Below, one piece after another: positions 27,436 through 39,699 of a stretch of DNA of 64,000 nt (the stretch's first letter is position 1; each line of letters begins with the position of its first letter). The stretch is from Okamejei kenojei. Its lineage: Eukaryota. The translations under genes and the position numbers were made by a program. The notes beneath the pieces are model-generated. The model was not told the DNA's origin. It saw nothing but the letters and a program-made list of their open reading frames with translations, and did not search any database. Location of the stretch: positions 35,650,001 through 35,714,000 of the forward strand of contig CM069144.1 of NCBI GenBank assembly GCA_035221665.1, read 5' to 3'.

Positions 27436-30400
27436 TTACTGAACAATCATGGGAAAATGCCGGAAGCAACGTCAACCAATGTACGTTATTTTTTCAGCCT
27501 TTTGAACCAGATGGTACAGTGGAGCAAATGCAGTGGCTGCAGACATTAGATTCATTTTGCATTCGCTTCACAAGGACTTGCAAGCTGGCTTTTTAGCAAG
27601 GCTTTCTTTGGCTCCAACACATTTTCATTCTTTCATGCTGTAACTGTGTGCCTCCTTTCCAGACTCCTGCTGGGGTGAAACCTAACGCCGAACAGGAATA
27701 ATGGGGAAAATGTTCAACTAGCTGCAACTACACTCAAGAAATCAGGTCATCTCAACTTCAGTAATCAAGGATACATTACAATGATGGTGCTTGCATTTGT
27801 GCACAAAGACCAAACTCCAGTGTCTTCAACTCTTTCACCGAAGCATAGGAGAGAATGGACCACGTACATTAAACATTTGGAAAATAAGCTTCCGCTGCCA
27901 AACTGCCCCAATTCTACCAAAATTTCCCATTGGTGAACAAAGTGAGAGGCAGCGGACTGCTTTGCCGAATACTTGAGCTCAGTCTGCCAGACCTGCTGTA
28001 TTCCTGGCTGCTAACCATTTTTAACTCATCCCTTCTACTTCCAGGCAAACTTTCTGTGCTGGGCTGCCTTCCTTTGCCCAAGTGAGTTGGAGGAAACCAG
28101 CATCTTTAATCGTGGAAATTGGGAGGAACAGCATCTCATATTCAATTTGATTAGCTGATGAATTCATATGGTATAAAGTGAATTCTCCAATATTAGGAGC
28201 TAACACTGACCCTTCCCCACCCCCCCTATTTTCTCCCTCCTCTCTTCCTTTGCCCCACTGGATTACACACTATTTCTCCTTCCATTCCCTCTCCTTTTCC
28301 CCTTCCCTTGCCCATTCCACCTACATCCCTTCAGGTCTTTCTTCTCTCCTTATCTCACAGTCTTTAGGTCGTATTTTCATTCTCTGGCATGTTGTACACC
28401 CATCTGCAATCAACCCCCACCATCTACATCCCTAGCACTCAATTGCCTCGGTGGTGATAGTGGATGTGTCATAGTGTCTACCTAAAACGGCTCCACTTCA
28501 TCCCTCATCGCACCTGCTCTCCACGGCTACTCCCTCAGCCCACTGTCTCACCCTCCCTCAGGCCATCACAAGGCTCGGCCCATCACAAGGTCCACTCCCC
28601 CACTTCATTCCCCTTCCCGTGCCTCAATGGCGCTGAGCTAACAGGCCGCAAAATAGACAGACCGCGGGCCGGGACACTCGAAACACGGGTGGTATCTACG
28701 ATTGAAAGACAATTAATAGACCCGGAATGAGGTACACCGTATCGTAAGGAAGTTTGCTTGCTTATTTATCTATTTATGTAATTACCCGCTTCCGCCGCAT
28801 CGCCAGCATGACTACTCAACTACACTGGCGGCCTCAAGCCACTCCTCCCTTAACTCCCGGCATCCGCCCATCTTCCACTCGTCGTTTCACCAACACCGCC
28901 CCTCTCCTCTCCTCCAGTCATGTCACCAGCCCCGTTCTCTCCTTCAGGAGAGAGCGCCAGCCTGGCACCTCCTTAAAAATCATGTCTCTGGTCCCGCCTC
29001 CCCTCTTCAGTTCTCGACCGTTCTATGATCCTTGCTCGACACTGGCCCGCCCCCCCCCCCCCCCCACCCCCCCCCCCCCCCCCCCCCACAGCTCTCCCTT
29101 CAGCCAAAGATTATAGAGGATCTTTGCTTCAGCCCGTTCCCTGCACTCTCCCTCTTTGCGACGGTGAAGTTACTAGGAGCATCCTCAGCACCAGTGTCCC
29201 CTGTGGGTGCAGGAGAACAGCTTATAGATGTGCAGAGATGTAGGTATTGAAGTTGGCTCCTCAGGCTCTCACCTGCTCTTGTTACTGCAGTTAAATGCTG
29301 ATAACATTTGTGAGAGTCCTACCATTGTACCGTGAGGGACACTGTATATCAAAACACTATGGGTCAATCAAATAATTTTGGTGGTGTCAAAGGTTATCTA
29401 ACTTGGAAATACAGAGGTGTGGTTTACAAAAGAAGTGTTGGAGAGTAAATCAGTGGTTCATTACTGAAGAACATGGCAGGTGATGATTCAGGTCAGGACT
29501 CTTACAGTAGCTGCCCAGCCCTAAACATCACTGCTCATGTTCTCCAAGATGCAGCCTGACTGCTAGTACTCCAACACTTGGTGTCTTCTATTATTTCAAT
29601 TTACCCGTTATAAATACCAAAACTGAATAATGTTCTCAAACTGAAGTTGTTATATTACAGGGGTTGGTATATGGCACACCTTGCTGCCTCATAATTCAGG
29701 CAATCTGCATTTCAATGCCAAAACTCTGGTTGTCTGCATGGAATTTGCCATCATCACCGCCTCACCTCAGTCCTCCCAATGCAAGTTTGCTCCCACACCC
29801 CAAAGCTAGGGAGGCTGGTAAATTACCCCAGTAAGTAGGTGAATGATAGATTCTGGGGCATGAGCGGTTTTGACGGTAATGAAGGGAGAAACAAAATGGG
29901 ATATGAGGCATTAATTTAAACAGACGGTTTGTGCAAGACTGAAGGGCTATTTCTTATGCTGCTTTTGACTTTAAAGCACAAACACCTTGGGGCATTTATT
30001 TTCAATCTAACCTGTGTTCATTTCAATATGGACTAATTATAGCTTCCCAACCTCTGTCAGATCATTGGACGTAACTTCAATCCTCACTTATTTATTATTC
30101 GGTATTGGCCAAAGCACTATTCTGTTTTGCTCAACAGACAGCTAAACACCAAGCCACTTTCATCATCATGGCATGGATCCAAAAAATATCTAAAGCGCAT
30201 TGTGCTATTGTGTACACATTATTTCCGGCCTCAAGAGCTCAGGACTACACACAAACTCAAAAATGCTCCAGAAACACTAGGACATTATTGTGGCCAGATG
30301 GGAACAACTCAATATTGCTTTCTTTAGGCTTATCATCAGCAATGCTCTGGTGAATGGTGAAGATCGCCAACTGTGACATTTAATTACTGCCTTTATCAGA

Positions 30401-31865
30401 GATTGTGATAGTTGCAGTTTGTTACTTCTACAAACTGTATTTTGTCAAACAATTCCTTCCAAAGCAACTGTATCTTATCTTATCACAGTGGCACAGCTTG
30501 TTAGAGCCATTGCCTCCAAACATCAGAGAACCAGATTCAATCCTGATCGCGTGTGCTGTCTCTGTGGAGTTTGCAAGATTTTCCCTGTGACTTGCTTGGG
30601 TTTCCTGCCACAAGCAGGTTGGTAGATTAAACTGGCCACAGTAAACTGACCTTGTGTTTCAGAGAGTGGTAGAATCTAGGAAGGTGGTTCATGAACAGTG
30701 TAGGTATTGGGCTGAGAGGTTATGTTTCCAAATTCTCTCTGAACCTTAATGATGCAAATTTGTGATCAGTCATTGGAAAGCTAATAAAGAAGTTACTCCT
30801 TTCATTACAGTATTTTCTAAGCATTTTTTTTAACCAAAGAGATTCAAGAGGAAAAAATATATTTAAAAACTGGGTTCTGTTTTATTATAAAATACACATA
30901 CGGGATATATTTCATACCCCAGCACCTTTACCTCAATGTCATAAACCAATCATTACATTTAATTGGTGTAAATCGATTTAATGCACACCCTTGAAAAGCC
31001 ACTCTTTTATCTCAGGAACTTCAGTTCTAGGAAAGTACACTACTTGGAAAAATCCCCAACATTTTTTCCACAAACTCTCATATCACTGGCAACTGCTAAC
31101 TTTGCAAATAGTTTTCATAAAATAAATTGCTAACCAGATTGAAGGATTTGAAGTGAGACTTCACCTCAATGCCAGACATAATACACTGGAGGACATCCAT
31201 AATCACAACCACACATCAATTAGCTCTTTCTTCAAGACAGTGCAGAAGCACATGGCAATCCCAAAGAAAAACCTTTCAAAGGCAACATATCATTCATCTA
31301 AAAGTATTCTATAGATCTTTTGGAAATGCCACCAATAGCCACTTCTTTTTAATGCCACACTGCACAGGCATTGATGAAGGTGTGATTGTGACGGTAACAG
31401 TGCCATTCATATTTCAAAAAAAGATCTAGCGAGTCCTATAATCACTGTTATGTGGACCTTTAGAACCAAAGAAACAACTTTTAGTCAGAATAGCTCACTC
31501 AGATGCTATATGGTTTTAATGTCTATTCATAAATATTTTTACAATGAGCAGGAGGATTCTTGGATAAAAGTGATTGACTTTGTGAGCAATGAGTAATTGT
31601 AGATAATTATAGCTTTCCATGACAGCCCAAGTGACCATTATTAACATGTGAACAACGAGATAATAGGTTTAAAATTCCAGCTGAGTTGTGATCTGTAGTA
31701 AATATATAAATAAAAATGCAGTAAGAATGGAGTCACTGCTTCGGTGCTAAACAAAAGACTAAATTTAGAGTTAGCAACTATTGTTTTTGAGCACCTCAAG
31801 TTACATTTTGCTGATTTAGATTTTATGCTCACCACAAGCTCTGAGAAATTATAGACTTTTACTAA

Positions 31866-32803
31866 TCATGATCCTGAGGCAGAAAGCGCCTTACTTACTA
31901 GAGTGGAAATGGTTTCAAGTCCACAGACCCGTCCTTCTAATCTAAGGAGGAAGTAGTCAGACGTGTTTTGGCCTGAACCCTTCTTCAGACTGTCTGAAAT
32001 GTCATGTGTCTATTCCCTCTATGATGCTGACCTGATTCACTGAGTTGCTCTTGCACTTTGTGTTTTGTTCAAGATTCCGGGATCTGCAGTTTCTTGTGTC
32101 CCCGTGTGTCTAATCTTTTTAACTTGTTTCATGATCCGACCACTTTTTTGGCTCAGGGTCTTTAGTTCAATGTTCTTTTTTCATGACCTGATCTTTAATA
32201 AAGGAACCATTCTGTGGAGTTAAACAGTATGAATGCAAAGAACTGATTAGTTTGCATGCACCAGAGGCAGATGGGATAACATCATCAGTAAATAATACGG
32301 TGCTGTCAATCAGCAATCTTTCAGTAGCTGTGATCTTACTAACTTCGGACTGTAGAGTCCACTGTTGATCTAGGACTTTACACCTATTGGGTTCACTTGT
32401 CACTGAGAGTGCAGGAGAAGTGGAAAATTCACCCAGCACAGGAACCCTCTCAAACACACGTTTGCTTTCCACCATTCCGCAGTCGGGATTTCAGGGGTCT
32501 CATCCACAATGGTTTCATGAAGGACATAAACACTTTGCTGATTGGCTGGAGTTGATTGTATTTTGGGTGCATCCTGGCAGTTACAGTGTTGATCTTCTAC
32601 TATATTCTTATGTTCCAGGAAGTGGAAGATGGATGGAATAGCATTAACTTTGAGCCGTTGATGCTGGTCTTCATGACGCTTTTGAAAGAAGTCTTTGGTG
32701 AAGTGAGCACTGCACAAAAAATGAAAACTTGGTTGGTTTCCAGTCAGTTCGCCCAACAGCATTAATCCACTTTGACAAACGTTTGGTATCCTTCAAAGGG
32801 AAT
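31866..32803 (-). pseudogene. THAP4: THAP4-like exon 2, frameshifted and interrupted by a TE
   Basis: ccag| acceptor at 32803. Segments FPLKDTKRLSKWINAVGRTDWKPTKFSF / LCSAHFTKDFFQKRHEDQHQRLKVNAIPSIFH / VIPSASGACKLISSLHSYC / KKNIELKTLSQK match THAP4 but require frame changes between them; insertion at 31944-32108. Confidence 0.75.
31944..32108 (+). mobile_element. Penelope pLTR-derived short element inserted in THAP4 exon 2
   Basis: Homology to the recurrent cttcttcagac...gatgctg...ctgagtt element; 8-bp direct repeat TCTAATCT at 31936-31943 and 32109-32116. Confidence 0.75.
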
Positions 32804-33298
32804 CTGGCAAATAAATCAGAGAGGCACATGCGAATATAGTTTTAAAGCATTTTTGACTATAAATGTTCATGATGGCAAACAATACTAAGGACAGTTATCT
32901 GGTACAAAAATTCTGCTTTTATTTTAAGATTTGGTTTAGGCTTGTAGCATTGTGGGTTGTGTGGTTATCCAGTTGAGATGTTTTAAGATAATTTAAAAAA
33001 CATATTTGGGTTGACAGCAAAAGCGACATAAATTTAAAATTAGAGCTGAGCCATTCAAGGATGACAGCAGGAAGCTAATCTTCAAATACAGGACAGTAGA
33101 AATCTGAAAACCTCATATCTGATCTGCGTATGTTCTGTTATCTTACAGAAGAAAATGTCAACGTGTAATTTTCTCAGTCGCTTCATTTGAAGTCACTCTA
33201 AACGTTGTTGATAAACTTACATGCTCAAATATTATATATGGGATATAGTTTAGGTTAATGGGGAAAAGATGAATATGGACCTTGGATGGTCTACCCAC

Positions 33299-33372
33299 CT
33301 GTGAAAAGAGATGGATTTAGCTACTTTCCCCTGCCTATTGGTACAGGAATATGCTGAACAAGATATGACCAT
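33299..33372 (-). CDS. THAP4: THAP4-like exon 1 (N-terminal part of THAP zinc finger)
   Basis: MVISCSAYSCTNRQGKVAKSISFH(R) versus human MVICCAAVNCSNRQGKGEKRAVSFHR; AG|GTGGGT donor; head-to-head with ATG4B as in human. Confidence 0.88.
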
Positions 33373-33837
33373 CGCGCGGAGCAATGTAAGGAAATGTACT
33401 CAACACAACTAGTCAATCCAGGACCAATGGCAGTCTCCGTACAACAAGATGGTGGCACCAATCCTTCAACCGGTCATTGCCGCCGCGCACACTGGTTGCC
33501 GGACACCACTTGCCGCCTCTGTTTCACGTCAACTATAACATTAAAGAGATGTCAGTATGTGTGAATGAAACGAATCCCCAATTGATTTAGTTTGCAGCAG
33601 ACGTGCAAACCGATCCGCAATGCTGCTTTGCCGCTGCCCGCACGGCATGATCATGATGGACTTCCGGCGTTGCCGCAGCCCGCCCCCTGGCGGAGAGAGC
33701 GAGCGGCGCAAGCGCGTCCCCCGCGGGGCGGGGCGGGGCGGGGAGGGGCGGGGCGCACCGCTTGGATTGGCCTGGAGCGGCTGTCTGTCACCGCGTTGCC
33801 GGGCGGTGCCCAGTGTGGTGGGAGAGGAGTGTACACA
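33373..33837. promoter_or_regulatory. Bidirectional CpG-island promoter shared by THAP4 and ATG4B
   Basis: 465 bp between divergent ATGs; CCAAT at 33424 and 33458 and ATTGG near 33766; YY1-like CAAGATGGTGGC 33445-33456; ETS-like ACTTCCGG 33660-33667; tandem GGGGCGGGG boxes about 33725-33753. Confidence 0.8.
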
Positions 33838-33847
33838 ATGGATGCAG
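33838..33847 (+). CDS. ATG4B: Cysteine protease ATG4B coding exon 1
   Basis: ATG GAT GCA G|gtaggc; joins exon 2 to give MDAATLTYDTLRF, the ATG4B N-terminus. Confidence 0.85.
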
Positions 33848-35599
33848 GTAGGCCCGGGATCCTGCTGCTCCGCTTCCTCGGGGTAACTGGGAGAAGGGCA
33901 GCTGTGTTGCTGAGCATCAGCCAGTGCGCTAGTTCCCCCCCCCCCCCCCCCCCTGAAACTAAACTTGGGCCTGGCAGCCAGTGGTGCCGGCTGTCTGCTG
34001 CGCTCCTGTCGGCGGCGGGGCCGCACCCGGTCCGCGGCTGCCCCATCTAATTCCCACCCCCACCCTGCCAAAGTCCCTGTCCTGTCAGCCGCAGGACGCG
34101 AGGTGCAACGTGTCCGACCGCTCTGTGAGAGCCGGGCGTTGCGATGAAAGCTGGCGCGTCCTTGTCAGCCTGTGGTTCTCAGCAACCAACCCATTGTATG
34201 AAACTATACCATCCCGACTCTTACCTGTCTCGGTCATCATTCATCAATCTATTGTTCCACTTTCCAACTTGGCCATTGCCTATTCTTGGTCAAAGATTGT
34301 TCTTTTCGCACTGTATACACCGGTACTTTAAATGTACATTGCGTTACCGTGTTATGGTTGAAGTCTCTCCTATAGTAGTTTCACTCTCGGATTCAATTGA
34401 AGTGTTTTGTGGCATACCCTGTTGTTTAATGCAAAGTGCCAGTCTCAGCTTAAATTGCACAATATTTATCTTTGCCTTGTATGTCGAGTTCCTGCGGAAA
34501 CTTACCGCGTGGCAGGATTGCACATATGATTCCTTGTGTAATGTTACTTATCTCTTTCTCACTGATTTGTTCATCTGAGCCCATATGTTGTTACTTGGAG
34601 GTGAGAAGGAAAGAACAGTCCAGAGTGCTGGTCACCTTGGACTGTTTTTTTTAGCATTTGATGGTGAAGGCTCAGAATCTGTTGTGAAAGGGGTGTTTCA
34701 GGAAGAAAATAAAATGGCACAAAAATAAAGCTGTCTAATATAAAACAAAACAGTTTGCTGATGGTATTTTTGTTATACAGAATTTTTCCTGAGATGTCTT
34801 CTAATATGCACTAAATAAAATGTGCTCTTTTGGTTCTCTGAAAATGTCTTCATTTCTTCGTGATCTATGTCACACTGACAAGCCAAATTAATGGCCATCC
34901 CTTGTTACCGCAAGGACGTTGAGTCAACTGTACCAACTGGATCCTTGCATTTCCATTTTTGTGCAAATTCTCTGGGGTGTCCTTTTATAGAATGCTGTAA
35001 AAATGAAATTGGTGAGTAGATTTTTTTTGTATCAGTCCCTGCAAGAGACCCTGAAGGCAGTGCCTGCTTTTGTAATGTGCTTGCTTTGTAATCTGAAAAC
35101 AAAATACTGCAGCTGCTGAAAATAATTTCAGGGTCTGTAGGAAGTGAGTCAATACTTCAGGTGAATTAATTTTCATTAGAAATTGGTTGTCTGATATTCT
35201 TATGAAATTAAACCGATGACCCCTCCTGCAAACTACCAGTGCATTTTTAACTGCCCAATCATCTTGTTCTTCAAAGTAGGTAGCTTCCATTCAAAGCTTC
35301 ATGTTTGAATATCTCCGGTCCAGTTCTTGTCATGGTGCAGCAAAGAAACAGCTTTAACAAAATTAAGCAGTAGCCTTCTGATCATGTGGTTTTCCTCCAT
35401 CAACCTTTATTCATTTGCAACCGTTCGGGATGGTTGGCAACCTCCTCCATCATCTTAATTAGATTTTGAGGAATTTTTAATATGCTGCCCTGATTCTATT
35501 TTTATTTATCCATTCACACCCAGGAGATCTCATAAACTGGCCTCTCTACCCATGTTGGCATTTATTCCAGACCTCCCCCAACAATGTAGTAGTATTAGG

Positions 35600-35836
35600 C
35601 CCCTCTCGGTCATGACTGACCATGGGTGATGCATCCTGGTCGGATGCAAGCCTGGCGATGTCATATGGAGGACAGGCTGTTGCCCATGAAGCACGTCCCC
35701 CCCCCCCCTCCACGTCGCTGATCAATCCAAAGGAACAGCAGGGCCATTGCAGTTTGGCACCAGCGCAGTCGCATGAGCTGCCAGAGCGAGGTTATAGACA
35801 ACGACGAACTGCCTTAGATGCTTCGACTCCGGATTC
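35600..35836 (+). mobile_element. RTE-like LINE 5'-end-derived short element
   Basis: tccaaaggaacagcag...cagtttggcaccagc...gccagagcgagg resembles RTE 5' UTRs; recognised by eye only. Confidence 0.4.
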
Positions 35837-36062
35837 CCAACAATCTAAACATGCCTCTTTTTTCTAATCTATTTGTCCTTCAGCCTCATCATCTAAATTC
35901 AATGTTCTTGGGCTGAAAGTAACTTAAATGAGTCGAGAGTCAAGAATGTTTTATTGTCATATGTCCCAGAGCAATGAAATTCTTATTTGCTGCAGCACGA
36001 CAGAATATGTAAACATAGTACACTGTAAACAATGTGATAAATGAGAAAAAAAAGAGGTTCAG

Positions 36063-36202
36063 NNNNNNNNNNNNNNNNNNNNNNNNNNNNNNNNNNNNNN
36101 NNNNNNNNNNNNNNNNNNNNNNNNNNNNNNNNNNNNNNNNNNNNNNNNNNNNNNNNNNNNNNNNNNNNNNNNNNNNNNNNNNNNNNNNNNNNNNNNNNNN
36201 NN
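36063..36202. other. Assembly gap (140 N)
   Basis: Run of N. Confidence 1.
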
Positions 36203-37429
36203 NTTTTTGACGAACAAGATTAGTATTTTACACCAATACACTGTTTTGAACAAAAAACTACCCATCATGCGAAACCATATAAATAACTTGGATAACTTCA
36301 AGACCGAATTCAAAAACATTTTTCATAATAGACAAATTTTCATTGTTTTCCCACCATTTTGGACGCCTAAAGTGTGACTTTAAAAACTCTGACACATTTA
36401 ATCATGAATATTTAATTCATAAATAAACTTAAAAGGGCCCCTCATACATATACGTTTTGATAATTGTCTAGGGAAATATCTTCATCTATATTAGGAGAAA
36501 AATACAGTAACCTAAAGGTAATACAATACAGTAACGATCCCGTAACGGTCGTTGTGCTTGGTGTCCATTGTCACAACGCCCGTTATTGGGGTCGGCATCT
36601 CCTTAGGTTAAACCACAGAGGCTCCAAACCTCTAATGCTTTTCAAACACCCAACGAGGTGTCCTATGGTAGTAGCGATCTTTGGGTGAGTTAATTATTTT
36701 TTCTTATTTTGCAATTTAATATATCAAAAACATCGTGGTGTCACAAACGCAATAACTGTTTATGATATACTTCCCGACTTTTTAAAATTTAAAAAAAAAA
36801 GCAATTTTGTTGACATCATCAAAACTAAGAAACGGAGCCAATCTTCAATTTGGCAACAGACAGTCCTTTGTTTACCTTTTCCATGGACCAAATCGCTAAC
36901 TTCATTCCTTCGTGTCAACTTTGGAAAGCTCCGCAGCGACCGTTACGGAGACATTTTACTTACAAAAAAATCAGCCCAAATTCTGACGAATCATCGGCCA
37001 TCGATGTCGCTCAGATCCATAAGATAATGGTCCGTTTAGATCGCTTCGGTGAAAATGCTTGGTTTTTGCTGGGACACCAAAATGAACTTTTTTTTAGTGT
37101 CCACCGCAACGTACGTTTGTGTGTATGATGTGTAACGTGCGTTGCGGTGTCCACTCAGATGGATATTCTACTACATGATCAGGTAAATCTCTGTTTTTCG
37201 CAGCCCGCTCGCTCGTCCGGCTCCCCCCCTCCTCTCCCTTCCATCCACCTTCCCCTCCCTCCACCTTCCTCCCCTCCTCTTCTCCCCCCCTCCTCTTCTC
37301 CCCCCCTCATCTTCTTCCCCCCCTCATCTTCTTCCCCCCCCCATCTTCTTCCCCCCCCCCCTCGTCTCCCCCCCACTCCTCCTCTCCCCCCACTCCTCTC
37401 CACCCCCCCTCCTCTCTCCCCCCTCCTCC

Positions 37430-37830
37430 TGGATGCTCCTGGATGTTCATGTTGCCGAACCAGGCCATGATGCAACCAGTCAATATGCTCTCTACTGTAG
37501 AGGCTCTGACATACCAAATCTCCATAATTGTCTCAGGACGTAGAGGCGTTGATGTGCTTTATTTATAATTGCATCAGTGTGCTGGGTCCAGGAAAGATCT
37601 TCGCAAATATGCACGCCCAAGAATTTAAAGTTTTTGACTCTCTCCACCATATGATATAAACAGGATTGTGGGTCCTCATCCTTCCTCTTCCAAAGTCCAC
37701 ATTCAGTTCATTGGTTTTGCTGATATTGAGAGCAAGGTTGTTGTGCTGGCATCATTTGGTCGCTCTCACTTCTATACTCTGACTCATCACCATCTGTAAT
37801 TCGTCCAACAATGGTGGTTTGTAGGCGAAC
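37430..37830 (-). mobile_element. Rex1/Babar-like LINE fragment
   Basis: VESILTGCIMAWFGN motif and KFA-TTIVGRI remnant on the minus strand. Confidence 0.65.
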
Positions 37831-39699
37831 TATGTAGAGTTCTTACTGATACGATCATATCTCAAACGTAGCTTTGACCACTTTCTTACGGGCTTAAGGG
37901 CTTACCTCCACCCCATCCTTTTCTGTGGACATGCTGTTGATGTCCGACATCAGCATTCCATCACAAAATTGGTGCCTTTCAACACCTCCACTCACTTTAG
38001 CTTGTCAAATAATTGCTTTGTATCCTGCAGTTAAATATTGCAGTTGCCTGAGAGTGACAATTTGGTTGCCACCTTTGACCCTGTGATGATGATTTTTCTC
38101 TGGAACCTCTGCATTACCTAAATCACATGTTGCTACTTCTGTCATTTGACTGAAACCATTTGTTGCTGAAACCTTTGTTAGTCAAGACTTGAGTTTTCCA
38201 GTAAAAAAATAAAGTGCTTCAGATATTTGACAGGTCAGACAACATGCATATAATGAGAAACCGAGTTCATGTTTCAGGCTGCAGACCCTTTATTCAAACT
38301 CAGAAAGTGGAGTAAAATAATTAGGTTTGCAAAGAGGATAAAGGAGAAGACAGCACAAAGGAAATATCTCTGATAGGGTGAAACTAAGGTTGCTATGATG
38401 ATAGATTAATAAGGAGAAGGAGAGAGAAAAAAACCCGACATGGGGACATATAAATGCTGTGAAATATGTGTTGCAGTTATAGAAATTGCCTAGCAGATCA
38501 GACTTCATAATGGCCACTTTGTGGAACATTGCATGCAATATGCAGGGATAACCATGTGCTTCTAGTTGTCTGTCATTTTAATTCTGCATACAATCCCATT
38601 CTGACTTTTCTGTCTGGTATCCTTCACAGTTCTAACAATAGCCTGAAGAACAGCATTTCATCTTTCATCTGGGCACGTTGAGCCTTTTAGACTATCTAAA
38701 TCAACAATTTTAGTTAACTTTCTCTGTTTGCTTTAGAAGAGACCATTTCTTCGATAAGCCACCTGTAGAATTAAAAAAAAGTGTTAGGTTCTAGTAACCA
38801 TTGCTACAAAGCTGCCAGATTGATCTGGTCAACTCTCAAATGTTTTTTTGAGAGCCATTCAATTCAAGCAAGATCATATATGGGAAATAAATGTTGACCT
38901 TAAATGAATAAATAGAAGAGAGACACAAAATGCTGGAATAACTCAGCGGGACAGGCAGCATCTCTGGAGAGAAGGAATGGGTGCGTTTCGGGTTGAGACC
39001 CTTCAGAAAAAGAAACTGTAAAATATTCAATTGTCTATTTTAAATTTGCATGATATAACCGTGTATACGTACAGATTAACATCTAGAAAATGAGGGCATT
39101 CTAAACTTGGTAACTTCACCTCATGAACAGTTCCCAATCTGTCCATGTGATTGAACGATCGACAGAATTAAAAATCTCAGGATGATCCTACACAGATTAG
39201 AGTATGATAATTCAACAACTTCCTCCTTGAGTTTGATGGAATATCATGTAGGTTCCAGGTGGACAGTGTTGCAAATGCCTATTTGTATGACTGTCTCCAC
39301 TGAATAGGCCAATCTATCTCGCATTATCAAGCTCTGGTTCAGAATAGGATCATTGTGGAACTCTGCTACCTGTTTCGTACATACACTTAGTCAACTTCAG
39401 TGCAGCGGGTAGAATTGTGGTAATGGAAAAAGCAGACGGTCCCTTCAGTTTTAGGCAGCAGGATCTTTTTAGATTACCAAAGGACTTTTAGGTTAGTTTA
39501 GACTATTTTTAGAAATACAGTGTGGAACAGGCCCTTCGGCCCACCGATGTTCACACTGACCATCAAATCACCTGTTCATATTAGTTCTATGTTATTCCAC
39601 TTTCTCATCCACTCCCTAGGGGCACTTTATAGCGTTCAATTAACCTATAACCCATAAATGTTTAGGATGTGGGAGGAAACTGAAACATCCCCCAGATGT

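Noticed and set aside
28440-29100. Odd C-rich sequence with long poly-C runs (also 10690-10970, 25704-26000 and 48690-48722)
   Set aside because: Looks like low-coverage or error-prone consensus, so G-quadruplex or ORF claims would be unsafe
32400-32803. THAP domain as a P-element/THAP9 transposase
   Set aside because: No transposase core follows; sequence and position next to ATG4B fit THAP4
33541-34331. Several overlapping GC-rich ORFs
   Set aside because: Expected stop-poor frames in a CpG island; the real coding part is the 10-nt ATG4B exon 1
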